A DNA stretch of 59,346 bases, the filler included, from Sphacelaria rigidula (lineage: Eukaryota): assembly GCA_964200075.2 (NCBI GenBank). It is 10 parts of 10 records of this genome, joined end to end, with 100 filler letters (N's around TTAATTAATTAA, not from the genome) between each part and the next. Parts side by side here need not be neighbours in the genome. Positions count along the whole stretch, not along the records: positions 35,671 to 41,514 come from CAXNAA020024014.1; positions 41,615 to 47,458 come from CAXNAA020024015.1; positions 47,559 to 53,402 come from CAXNAA020024016.1; 7 more parts are not named here. One strand, given 5' to 3'. The translations under genes and the position numbers were made by a program. This document shows, one piece after another, positions 37,875 to 50,700 of the stretch (the stretch's first letter is position 1; each line of letters opens with the position of its first letter). The notes beneath the pieces were generated by a model. That model saw nothing but the letters and a program-made list of their open reading frames with translations. It was not told the DNA's origin and made no database searches.

Positions 37875-38654
37875 CAGGAGCGGCTACGGTTAAAGAGAGG
37901 GCCGGGACACGCCAATTTCTCTCTCTTAAACCCGGCTCTCTCTTATACCGTGTTGGCTACGGTATAAGATGATATTCTCTTGACCCGTATTTCATTTCAA
38001 GAGAATATTCTCTTATACCGCAGCCTATACGAAAGGCCGTCAGAGATGGACGCTCTCATTCCAACTACATGCCGTAAAAGGTCAAGGAGAGTGTATCATT
38101 CATGTCACGTAAGGCAGCAAGCGTTAACACCTTGGGCTACCTCCAAACACCGCTCATTCTCTTGGTTGACGAGCATGTGGACCCAAGTACAGTACGTGGT
38201 ACGCTGTTGATACACCTGCGTTGGAAAAATAAATGGTGTCGCGATACAAATTTTGCTCCTGGACACGTAAACTCGGTTGTTGAGTTGTCATAGCTGTGCT
38301 CCATACTCGCACCTCTTCTTCTAGAAGAACAACACGAGGCTACCGATGCACCGGATCCCAAGGAAAAATGCCCCCACTCAGCCACTAAACCACTCCTACC
38401 CCGCCCTCCCCCGCACACAACACCCACAACCCCTCATCCCATCCATTTCAACCCCACGACAAAAAGCCGAGTCAACGAAATAAACGAGCTTCTCATCACG
38501 AAAACGTCAGTTCTCCTTCTCTCCGAAAGAGAAAATATCGGAAATAAGAGGGATTCTCTCTTTAATCGATTTTGGTCGTCGGGACAAGCCAGTTTCACTC
38601 TCTTGAATCCGTACTTTCTCTTGAATAAATTCTCTTGAACCGTAGCCGCTACTG
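37875..38654. mobile_element. Non-autonomous Tc1/mariner-pogo-like element (CAG(T/G)AGCGGCTACGGTT.AAGAG TIR, TA TSD)
   Basis: TA-CAGGAGCGGCTACGGTTAAAGAG ... CTCTTGAACCGTAGCCGCTACTG-TA; no transposase ORF. Confidence 0.8.
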
Positions 38655-39863
38655 TAGATTGATATCAGATATATAGTATATAGTATACATACGAAACATT
38701 TCGGATGTACGAGCGCGCAGCATACTTTGTAAGGAGACGTCCACGAGATTTATGAAAAGTTAGTGTGCAAGTTCCTCCGCGCCCGCTCCGGGAGATGACT
38801 GTTCGGACGAATGCCAATGGTAGGGGTCCAATGCGCGGATTCCAAGCTAACGTTGAGCCAGAGTTATCACAGAACGATGACTGCACGCAAACCTTATCAA
38901 ACCGCCTGCCCGAGGTTTGTTCCAGCAGCATCTACAGACAGCGAGGGAGACAACGCCGACGCGCAGAAACACAGCACAGGAAAGCTGGGAAAGATCGAGA
39001 TCTAAAATGAAGTAATCGAAGGTCTGGATCTTTCCCAAAAGTACTTTGCGCATCCTAGCGGTGTACAATCCGATACCATGATGAGCATTTATCGCATACG
39101 TGCGCGGGGGAGCACTGCTCCGCCGATATGCTATTATTATCGACTCTGTACCTCCTTCATGGTTGCCGTGTGGCTCGAGGTTTAGTCGGGAGGTCGTCTG
39201 TTTCACAACACACGTGTAGGGCAGCTGCAGACGCCGTGTTTTTCACAGCTAGTGATGTAATAAAATATAAACTGTAGTACACTGAGTACAATATGTGTAT
39301 GGAGTTGTAACAAAGATGCTTCTCCGTTCGATCTCCGCCGCTGCCGCTGCTGCTGCTGGAGTAGCAAATGGAGAGGGGCGCATATTTTTTCAAGAGGTCA
39401 AAACTGGTTCTCTTCACACAGTATCAACGGGGACGCAAGTGAACCCGTGACAGGCTGTCTGTTGGTGGGCACACGAAAATGCGGATCAAAGTTGTCGCGA
39501 AAAATTACAGCCGGTGAAACCGTACCACACGAGTACAAGATGTTTGTGCAGCGGCACAATCGAAGATAGTCTCCGTTCGATGTTCGCAAAATTGTCTCGT
39601 GCGTAGCATTCGGTAATCTCTGGCGAGATGCAGCTCACCAAAAACACACATCTCACAAGATCGCGCAAGAAGCAGTGCATAGTACAGTACAGCGCGCCGA
39701 GGTAACGTCGTGCGGTCTTATTCGGGTCCGTGCGCTTATACCGAAATGTTGAGCTGCAGTACACTCGCGGAAAAATCAACGGAGGTCGCGAAGCTGTAGT
39801 GTGCTATGGGCAGCGCGCATCGAACTGATGGAGCAAGCGGTTCAACCAGGCATCAAACAGATT

Positions 39864-40120
39864 CACGGTTAGGACGAATCATCACGACTGATAATCACCA
39901 AATCCACGATTTCTTCGGCCTAGTTGCCCGAGAGGGAGAAATAAGTTGACCGCTGGCCCAAGGGGTATCCACGCAACTTTTGCGCCATTTCACGTGTCTG
40001 GGCTGTGTGTACCTGGGTTGCAACGCTGAAAACAAAGCCTAGGGGTCGATTCGTAGGAGTCGAATCACTTATACTAAAGCCAAGTAATTTTCAGACGAAT
40101 CATTATTTGTCCGACCCTTG
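39864..40120. mobile_element. hAT-like MITE (CACGGTTAGGAC...GTCC.ACCCTTG, 8-bp TSD)
   Basis: Flanks are AACAGATT / AACAGATG. Full copy at 55295-55557; partial copies at contig ends 29726-29790, 41443-41514 and 47559-47662. Confidence 0.85.
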
Positions 40121-42107
40121 AACAGATGTAGTCAAACTGTATATTGAAAAAATATCCGCGGGGCTCGCGACGCTCTCCCCGTTTCCCGGACGGACGCGCG
40201 GAAAATTCGACGGGGCTCACGACGCGGTGTGGCTGCACATTGCTGCCCGTGTTCTCTCCGGAACGCTGAGCTGTGGCAGTACAGCACACCACAAACACAT
40301 GCTCCACGACAGCGCACAAGAAGCAGCATATAGTTCAGTACCGCGGTTCAAGATGACGTTTTGTCAGAGTTACAGAATGATGACTGTACGAAAAGCCCAC
40401 CGAACAACCTGCCTTGCTTGCTTCTCAGCAGCATCTGCCACAGCGAGGGAGACAACAACGACGCACATAACACGAACACGGAAATTAAAAATGACTGAAT
40501 CGAGGGTCTGTACTGCGTAAAGTGTAGGCATATTGCAACTATTGTCGGTCCGACCATACCATACGATATTTGCGATACGCCCATACTTACGCAGTACATT
40601 TTAGCCGACAAGAGTTGCAATATACCTATACTTTACGTAGTTCATTCTATGTCTATTACAACGATTGACCATATATTGTTCGGGGTGTAAACGATTCAAC
40701 GGTGCGTTTGACGTGTACCAGTGATAATGTTACGCACGTGGCGACAGTTCATGAGCTTCCCGAATATTGCTGCTCATTGGTATAATGTCCTGGATCATGA
40801 ACTAGCTCACTCCCCCCCCCCCAGTTTCTGCATATGCTCTCCTCGGCGCAGGACGCTGGACACCCAGAGTAGCGCAAAAGGTAGCGCTTTGACTTCTCGG
40901 ACCCCGCTGTCACGTACCTTGTGTTCCTGGATAAGAAATCTAACCATCCTCTTCGATCAGTAATTTTGCGTAGCACATGAGCTGTACGACGGGTGCAATA
41001 TGTCTAAGATTACGTGTGAACGCTCCAGTGCAAGCGACATAAATACATCTACTCTTGAAACCGTACACTTCACGAACCCCTTCAGCTACACGTCACCCTG
41101 CGACAGAGTGCAGCAAACCCACCCCTTTCACAGCCACCCCACCCCCAACCATCTCCGACAGGAGTAAATACACCTCGATTGTGATATATGCATGTAGCGA
41201 TCTGACCGCGAACTACGTCTACCTGGGGTGGGTGTTTTGCATTGATGCAGAGCACCAGCAGCAGTCTCGGGTCCAGTGTTCACCTTCAACGGGGTCCGCG
41301 GCCACCAGGAAACAGGCTTATTTTTTCCCACCCAGACCCGTTTGTCGAAATCTTGATGAGAGCGTGCCATGTTTTTAGGTAGTTCATGAGCTGTCCGATG
41401 GGTGCAATATTTTATACAATTTCGCCCTCAGTTCGTTCCATTCACGGTGAGGACAAATCATCACGACTCAAAATCACCAAATTCACGATTTCTTCGGCCC
41501 GATTGCCCAAAAGGNNNNNNNNNNNNNNNNNNNNNNNNNNNNNNNNNNNNNNNNNNNNTTAATTAATTAANNNNNNNNNNNNNNNNNNNNNNNNNNNNNN
41601 NNNNNNNNNNNNNNAGGGGTTTGGGGGCCGCCTTTTTTGGTTTTTCCTCATTCCCGCCCCCCCCCGGGGGGGGGGGGGGGGGGGGGGGGGGTATAAACCG
41701 TTTTCCAGTCTGTAGGGCCCCTTGATTGTATTAAGGTTTAGGTCCTTCCGGGGTATATCTCACTTGATGTTTACTCACAATACACTCCGAAATTTGCGGT
41801 CGTGACGTCGCCCACGCAAGTCGTGGTACTGTCTGTAAAAGAACGTTGTCCCCTTCCCGAACGGATGCACGGTGGTCCTTGGCATAAATAATTGTTTATC
41901 TTCGACTCGGCTGTACGGCCCAAAAATCCCCTTTTGAAAAGGGGATTTCAGGAAGTGTTTTTGCACTTCCTGAAATCCCCTCCGGAGAGGGGATTTCTGT
42001 GGACATTGAGGGGATTTCTTTTTGGGGGGGGGTGGTATCGCAGCGATCAATCAGCGGTCGTGTTTCAAAAACGGGATTTTGAAAAAGGGGATTATCCCCT
42101 GAGTTAA

Positions 42108-42213
42108 CCCTCAGACCGCGAGGTTAGTCTTCTGTTGAATCGGCATCAATTACAAGTGGAAAAAAGTATGTATGATCCAGAAAGACTAATGATTAAATCT
42201 CGCGGTCTAAGGG
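42108..42213. mobile_element. piggyBac-like mini-MITE (TTAA-CCCT...AGGG-TTAA)
   Basis: TTAA on both sides, TIR CCCT(C/T)AGACCGCGAG. Second copy at 42522-42622 and a single end at ~16071. Confidence 0.8.
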
Positions 42214-45026
42214 TTAATTAGGGTGAACCTGAAGTCTCGTGTTTGAGATACCTCTACTGAACCGGGGGTCAGGACCTGGTCGCCACACCGGGTTCAATAC
42301 ATGTTATCAGGCATTATTTTCTCTCGTTTTCAAGTGAAAGTGATGCCGATTCACAATGTAAGAACTCCTTACCCCCGCTTGTTAGTCAACTTCAGTCCCA
42401 AAAGGGTCAACAATGTTTTTCTTCATGACCGTCCGCGCCCCTACCTGCGGAATATCAAGACATCAAACGGCGGTGTGTCGCACACTCTCATCTTTAAACT
42501 TCATATAATTTTCTTTATTAACCCTTGGACAGGGAGAGTAGGTCATAATAAGTTGAATCGGCATCAATTCCACTTGCAAGCAGTATGCATGATCCAGATA
42601 GACTAACCTCCCGTTTTAAGGGTTAAGACAGGCCCTTAGGGTCAGACGCAGCGTTATTTCAAGTCGAAAAATTTCCAAGTAAATTTCGGAAGAGCCAATC
42701 AACCAACCAAGTGACTGCGCCCCCCCTCAGCCCTAGAGGCTTCCGTGTCTACGGATATTTACCCCCATCTGTGCATCGCTTGTGATAGTGCCAACAGTCG
42801 CGCTCATTCTCCTGCCCCCCGTGCCATCACCACGCCACCATCGATAGCGTAGATTGGATGGCAGCAAGTATGGACAAACTCTGAACTGAAGAAAAGAAAG
42901 CCACAAAGCAAGCTGGCGTTCAAGAAGAGAGAGCAGTTTCCGCGATGGCAACACGCTGCAACAGCCGATATAGATACGATCATGAGTCGTACGAACGAAA
43001 GCAAAAATCATCTTTGCGATCTAGCAGCAGCGAAACGAACGAATTATAGAACCAAACCTAACCCTAACCACAACAAGGGCATACCGAGAATCCTCGGGCA
43101 AGGAGGATGCAACGCGTCCCTTGACCGAAGTGCGCGTTGGCAGACCTCTAATCGGTGCCCCAGGCCCCGCTTCAGACAAAAACCCGTTGTGGGCATGCTA
43201 GGAGCATGCCAGGAGCACGGCTCCCATGAAAAGATCCGGATTTCCGTGTTCACACTCCATTCAAGATGGACCCACTTACCCTCCCGAATGGTCAACTAGA
43301 TACTGCGTCAAGACGACACAAAAGACAGCATAAAGTCGTCGGCCCACTTTTGCTGAAGTCACATGGCACCGAAGCCTCATTCGTGCCTTTCTGTGCACCA
43401 ACCCGTCCTAAGACACGCGTCCGTTGTATCGGCAGTGGTGGGTGACGGCCGACGGTTTTTCACATTCCCTCTTGGAACACGATATCTTGGGCGTCCGATG
43501 AAAATCGTGCGTATTCATGAAATGAAAAGGCATATCCACGGAACAACAATTACGCTTGCACAGGGGAGTCATTTATCCGCTAAAGCTGTAGAACGATGGG
43601 GTCCGATAAATCAACCTCCTCAAAACATGACGAGGAGGTCGACCAACATCCGCTCAGCCTACACGACACTCCCGATGTAAGGGCCGTCCTCATTGAAGTT
43701 CATCACTACATATGATTCTGTCGCATCTTGAGCATTTGAGTTTGCCCCAATTTTCAATCCGCGTTCCATAAAATAAATGGTCCAGCGTTCCGGTTTCAGT
43801 TACTGTACCGGCGTTGGGCTACAAACGTTCATGGTTGATGTTACTTGGTTTGAGTCTGTACAACGAGAATCGGAATTCAGTTTAGACTGACAGTCCCATC
43901 GGTTCCTCGAGTGAGCAGAATGTGTTTTCGTTGAAATCGGCGCCACAGGCGTAGATTTAGGCTCTACCAAGGCCTTAGTTTGTTTAGAGGATGTATGTAC
44001 CGCCCTTGCCCGAGGGTTCTCGGTGTGCGTTGGGTTGGGTCAACCCAACTAGCCTTCTAGCATTCCAGCGTATCGCAAGCGCGGACGAAAAGCGACGAAG
44101 TGGCATGCAATATATGAGGAACATGAAGGGAGGTAGCGTTGAGGTTCTCCCTATGACTTTTTGATCCATGTCGTTCTATTCCGATGACGTAAGGCGTTTT
44201 TTACCCGACGGGCCTAGATGAGCCCCAAAAATTGATCTGTTCGTGTCTTTTCGTGGTTTTGGTCGGTGACACTTTTTTTGCCCATTTTGGGGGGTCAGAC
44301 GCGCCCATAACTGAAGCATGTGGTGTACAAGTCGCCAGACTTAGGTCAGCTAGGTAAGGGCGTGCAAGAGTGTTTGATGATACAAGTACCCGCCCTACTT
44401 TCGCAGCTGAAAACATAGACCTGGGTGACCACGAAACCAATCTCACCTAGGAAGTCAAGCCTGAAGGCGGGAGAGAAGCGATGTAGGGAGACTGCGGGGA
44501 GAGGAAGGATGCTGAAGTGTCGATTGTAGTGAACAACACGGAGGAGTCATCATGTTGAGGTCAGGAGGGTGTTCTGTGTTTTGTAATCTTCGTCGTCATT
44601 TTGGACCACTTCTCTGTCGGCTCCTGTTGGTCGTCGCAGGTTAATACAGTATAACTTTGGAAACGTTCCCCCACGAAGTATCTAAGATATGAGATATAAG
44701 CGAGGGAGTTCGTCGTATTACTCATATCATTGAGGGTAATACTGTGATGTCGGTACATGATCTCGTCGACTGTGCAAAGGAGAGAAGCCAACAGAAACAA
44801 ACAGGGGTGTTATCTCCCGTCCACACCAGCCATAGACGGGCATTGTGTTCAAACAGCAAAACGGTTCGAGAGAACGCTGCAAGGTGCTCCAACTGCACAC
44901 CCCGTGGTATATCTCTCAAAAAGAGATAGCCGTATCTACCGTGATCTTCAACGGCATGCGTGTCCTCCAGGAGAGTAACATTGGCGAGAAATCGTAGTCT
45001 CCAGCGGGACGTTCACCGTCGCCATC

Positions 45027-45237
45027 TGTAATGCGTGAGAGGACCGCGTGCTTAGAGGACCGCATCGGAATTTGAACATCCCTCTGGTTAGGGTTAGGGT
45101 CAGCGTTAGTGTTGGGGTTATAGTCAGGGGCATGGTACCTGCAGGGACTGGCCCGATTGGTTTTCAAAATCGTCGATCCTGCGGCTTTTCGAACTACGGC
45201 GCGGTCTTCTGAGCACGCGGTCCTCTCACGCATTACA
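45027..45237. mobile_element. TGT...ACA MITE with 6-bp TSD GCCATC
   Basis: GCCATC at 45021-45026 and 45238-45243. Internal GGTTAGGGTTAGGG tract. Confidence 0.9.
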
Positions 45238-46671
45238 GCCATCCACCAAAAGTGCCTGCCATCATATCCCCCAACACCATCATCGGGTGTTTGGTGGGTG
45301 TTGCAGCTTGGCTGCTGACAAGGCACCCCGACCCATTAGTCTTGGATGTCGAACCATCGAACCGCTCATCACTTCGATACGATACCGAACTTTTCAGCAT
45401 TCACAGATGAATTTTGATCAATCTCGGCCACGTCGCTGTGTGCTGTGCAAGCTCCAACCGCCGCGGGACGCGCTGCTGGAGGCAAGAAAATTGGGTTACT
45501 TGCCTAGATTCCTCATCAAAATTGGCCTCCTGTTGTAGTCAAGCCCTCTCAGCCCAGGAGAAGAAAACGTGTACGGATTTGACAAAACCCAACGGTCACT
45601 AGGGCCCTGCCCATTCTCCCCGCGGAAGAAAATAATGGTAAATTTGAACCCAAGAAAAGCGACTTACAGTATAGCTCTAAAACCAAGAGCAGGTGGATCG
45701 TGAAAAGAAATATCATCACCAGCACCATGTGGAGCATTTCCGATAGAGTCAGAAGAATGCAACATTGGAATTCACAAATTGCGGACGGATTTGTTTCGAG
45801 GATGAGTCTTGAGAACCTTCTTCATAAGAATCGGAATTAAGAAAGGAAAAAAAATAAACGCACCCTCCAGCCGTGAACGCCGCTCCCTGAACCTGAAAGG
45901 GCCGTTATTCAGTGTTACGCCGGGGAAAACGTTATTTTTTTATAGCGAAATAGACACCTCCGCACGAGGGGCCCCATATCGGGAAATCCATGCACCACCC
46001 CCCGTTTCGCCGCACAAACCTCATTTTGGGGTTGGAGGAGGGGGGGTACCCGATTTTGTGAGGGGGTACCCCCCTGAGCGCTAGATGATGGCGATAGTAG
46101 TTGCTGTACTACACCGCACGTGTTTGCCGGTAACGTCGGCCTGCGCCGGTTGTACCGTACCGGTAGGTGGTGGTACTGTGAGGGTAAGTCGAAACGAGTA
46201 GAGAAGAACATGTCCGCAGAAGCAGGGAGTGAAGATCAAAGCGCTGAGGGTACCGGCGGTAGAAATGTGCCGCAGATTCCAGAAGTCTTGCAAGGGGTGA
46301 ACGTGAAGTGGGCACGCACGCCTGGCACCCAGGAGTTTGCATGGATCTGCCCTTGCGGGCATAACAATAACAATGCATCAATTACATTTCATGACTGCCG
46401 CTACCTCCATGTTTGATATTTTTTTTCGCCACACTACGTCCATAACATTCCCCTTCGCAATCTCTCCCTCTCTTGTGTCGCAGTGCGGTATGAAGTGCGA
46501 TATGTAGATATAGGCGTTGTACTAACACGGCTGTCTGCCCAAACGCGGGCAAAGTACGTGATTCTCTGCAACTCACACATTGTGCACGTCTATAATATCA
46601 GAACATTTTCGTATCGGCTGGTGACACCGCACAGTCAACTTACTGCATGTACGTTTCTGTTATTCAGTAGA

Positions 46672-47037
46672 GCCGGTCGCCCCGGTGGCTCAGTTGCTAA
46701 CCTCGAAACCTCTGACAGTTGGGTCGTGGGTTCAGTTCTCGGAGCGATCTAGGATTTTTTCTCACACAATGCCCAACAGTGGAGAGCGACTATGTCGTGG
46801 GTACACAAAATTCGACCTGACGGTCGACGAGGGAAAGGGACTGCTGAACGCCTCTCGCAATAAAAAATGAAGGCATGCACCGCAGAAGGACGGGGGGGGC
46901 ACGAAAAACAATGAAAAAATAAAAAGCTCCCGTGTTGACCTTCCTCCTGTGTGATCCCGGCTGCTGCGCCCACATATACCGAAAGGTGTAGACCGGCGCC
47001 CAGAGTAGATGAGATGACAACACACACAACACAACAC
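46672..47037 (+). mobile_element. tRNA-derived SINE, near full length, with (CA)-rich tail
   Basis: A-box-like TGGCTCAGTTG and B-box-like GGTTCAGTTC; body shared with 15678-15950 and 6025-6140; ends GACAACACACACAACAC. Confidence 0.8.
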
Positions 47038-47765
47038 AGTGGCAGTACAGAACTGTTCGTCGTACACCGCCCTCCTTAGGATGGCGGCCGTATCACTGCG
47101 ATAGTGCCAGGTCGGTAAAAACCGGTCTTGCGAAAGCCAGCGGGACTCGGCATTCATTATCCAGCAATCACCGCGACTCAAAAGTCATTTTCCAGTCGGC
47201 AAAATTGCTCCCCGATCGCCACAAGAACAACTGATATACACCGCAACCCCTCGGTTTTGGGCTGCTCACGTTGACGCGAGGCTGGAGATATCTATATGAC
47301 CATTCAATTCCGTGCACTAGTAGTGGAAAAATAGGAAGAATAAGGTTTTCCCAAATGGATTTGGCAATTTCCTCATTCTCGACCGCGGGTAGGGGGGGGG
47401 GGGGGGGGGGGGGGGGGTGGGGTTGTAAAAAAAAATTGGGGGGAGGGGGGTGTTAGGTNNNNNNNNNNNNNNNNNNNNNNNNNNNNNNNNNNNNNNNNNN
47501 NNTTAATTAATTAANNNNNNNNNNNNNNNNNNNNNNNNNNNNNNNNNNNNNNNNNNNNGGTTGTAACGCTGACATGAGTCATGGGGATTCATTCATCACG
47601 AGTCAACGTATTAGACTAAAACCAAGTAATTTCCTGACAAATCATTATTTGTCCTAACCGTGAAATCTTGGGCAGCAGCGGTATACTGTGTAGATAGTCG
47701 AGTAATCTTTCCTCAGCCGAGCAGGAAATTTTATAACTATCTCTCCCATTTCTTTATCCCTGCAG

Positions 47766-50700
47766 GTGCCTGTCCTGATCGACAAAACACCATTGAAGCG
47801 GAAGAATTCCACGCGCGCATGTCTGGTCGATCTCGGACGCGTAAGATCCGAGATTCGAAGTGCAGACGGCGATGGCGTCAATCGGCTGAGGGTCACTGGG
47901 CCAGTAGTGGAGCGACTGGTGTCATTGCTTCAGGTGATGAGCATCCTGACACTCAGCGCAACGCTGACTGTACGGGTCAAGAAACACGGGAAACCCGAAC
48001 ATAGCGACGTGTATGTTTGGTAATACAGAGGGAATGGTGCGATATATAATTAATTTATTTAAATGAAAGATTGTTTGAGGATGGATGGTTGGATGGTTGA
48101 TTTCTTTTTTTGAGCAAGGGAAAGACAATATGCTAATGTGTTACGCTTGCCTCGTCAAATGTAGTCGTCGGCATCACACATGATCCATGGCGAACACCTC
48201 AGTTCCCTCTGACTATCGGTTGTTGATTATGTCCTTGGTCGGTGGCTCTGCGGTACCCATTGGTGTGTGTCTGTATCTACTCTGTTGCCCTGAATCCCCA
48301 GGGCTTTTCCCGTCTTTTCTTTTCCCTTATTTCCCTTTTTTGCTCCTTTTTTTGTTTCAGATCAGCCATTTTTTTGTGCTTTGCTCTTGTTGACTTTATA
48401 TTCATTTCGCCTAGTCTACTATGTTGTTCTGTTCGATTTTTTTGTTTCTTCTTATTCTTTAGCGATAGAGTGTTTCAGTTTTGTTTTTTCTTGGGTACGT
48501 CTATAATGTGACTACGGCTGGATCCCTGGGGGATCAGACGAAGTGCGACAATCAATCAATCAGTCAAGCAATCAATCAAAACTTCCTCAGCTCACGGGCT
48601 AAAACAGAAAATAGTCGGCAAGACTCGGAGTGTGCACAGCCACCATCTTGCGGCACAGTAACAATTTGAAAGTTCCATGTAGAGACGGTCTTGAGACATG
48701 ACCACATCCGCAGGGTGGTATCAGGAATCTCGTGTCTTGTGCCGATGACTCATGTGCGTGTCGCTAGTACGGGCAACAGGTGCGTTTGTCACAGCAAATC
48801 AGCACAGCATGGGGTTCACTTGTAGGAGGTACGAAAGATCAACATGCCCGTAATAAAGGTGCAGGGCGCACGCAAAATTATCTACTCTCCACGTGCTCAG
48901 GGCAGAAAGACTCCTCCCCACGACGTGGTGCATATTAGCACCCCGTTGAAGGGATGCGCTCGTTCAAGTCTGCTCAAGTATTGTCGCATGAGAGATTCGT
49001 CTAGGGTGCCTGTTGGTGTCTCGTATCTTTCGTGACGGTGTGTGGATCCCGTGAAGTGCCGTAACAGCTTCTCCCGTGAAGGAAAGCTTAGAAATATACC
49101 GTTTTGTGCCTGAGAACTACGAACGATATTTGCAAGCAATCTGCAGTCGTGCCTACTGGACCAGTTCTGCGTTTTTTTCGATGCGTTACGCTCTCGACCT
49201 TGGGAGAAACGAAGCACGTTCACTTGGAGGTGACGTGTCTCTGTGCCCTCTCCCCCCCGTTTGACATCTTGAACCAATTTTCCCACATTAATCGCAAAGT
49301 AGCTGAGACGTATTGCAACTGCAGCAGCTTCAGGCATGATGTAGCTAGTGATACTGGATACTCGTTGAGTGACCTGATATCTTCCTATACCCGCGCTAAG
49401 GCGGGAGCGGACGCAGCAACCAAAAAGCTTTCTTCCATTGACTAGCAATAGCATTTGCAGCCTTGGGTCTTTTCTGAGGATCTAGGGGTTCATGTGGGCT
49501 GTATCGATAAGCGGCACAAAAATTGTTCAGGTGTGGAGGTGATAAGAGCAGTTTTCATCAAACGATGATTTCCAAAGAGCAGTCCTCTGACAATTCACTA
49601 AAAAGATAATGAAACCTCGTTGGTTGCACCAAGTTCCGCCTCAATTTGTTGCTGTACCATACTGTTTGTGCTGTGCGGCTTTGGGTTACGCACAGCCAGA
49701 TGAAGGCCTGTACTTTATCGGCTGTTCACATTTCCTTGGCCTGTGGTTTTGCGGTGTTCCTGGTTGTGCTCCCCTACACTATCTACTTTGTCTCTGGGTT
49801 TCATCGCCCCCGTAATTTTCTCATCTCTTGTCTAGTTATCCCTCCATCTCCACCTCTCCCTCTTATCTCGCTGCTCGTTTCCTCAGCGTTATACAGTAGC
49901 GGTTTGGTGCCTTGCGTCCGTAGGGCTCATGAATGACAGCCCATGCCCAAATAGTATGCTCCGGAATATCTGAGCCGCAATCTGCTCCCACAGCCTTTTT
50001 TGCGTACGACTTTTTTCATCGAAAACCATGGTGGAGGGGGCAGCCATTTCTCGTTTTATTTCGGTTTCCAGGCGAACGGTTTGTCTTGTGCTACTGTGTT
50101 TCCCGTCTTTTTTTTCTTGAGCGAGCGTTTCCGTTTTGTTTATTTAGGGTACGACTGTCTTGTGGATGATGACCACGACTGGGTCCCTTCGGAATCGGTT
50201 CATGTGCGACATTTAATCACTCCATCAGATCCGGCACGCATCTCAACGTGCGACCGTGCTTCGCGGCGTTGCGACGTTGAGGCATTCACGGGTGGCATTT
50301 TGGTGGCCTTAGTAGCTGTAATGTTGAAACGCGCGTAGCCTCACACTTTTATTGGGGTATCAGCATTTCACGAAGCTGTGATTGCGTGATGCTATCACTT
50401 ACGGATGACTGTTCCAGGAATTATTGCTGGAAAACAGTCAAGCATTGCCACGTCAACGTTGGAGTTCTTCCTCTACAACAACCTCACGTGATACTATGCC
50501 CACGTACCAGCCAAGGGGTTCGTGGCGTATTGTGCTCCCATTTTTACAACAGTAAATTCGGTGACGCGGACTGCGATGTGGTCGTCGACCATCAAATTTG
50601 CAATCTGGAGAATACGTGCTTATTTTTCATGTGGGGACGCACAAAATCACCGACACCCTCTCATCTATGAAAAGATGGGCGGTGACGAGCTGCTCCGAGA

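Noticed and set aside
45085..45125. Telomere or interstitial telomeric site
   Set aside because: Only two or three degenerate TTAGGG units, internal to a MITE.
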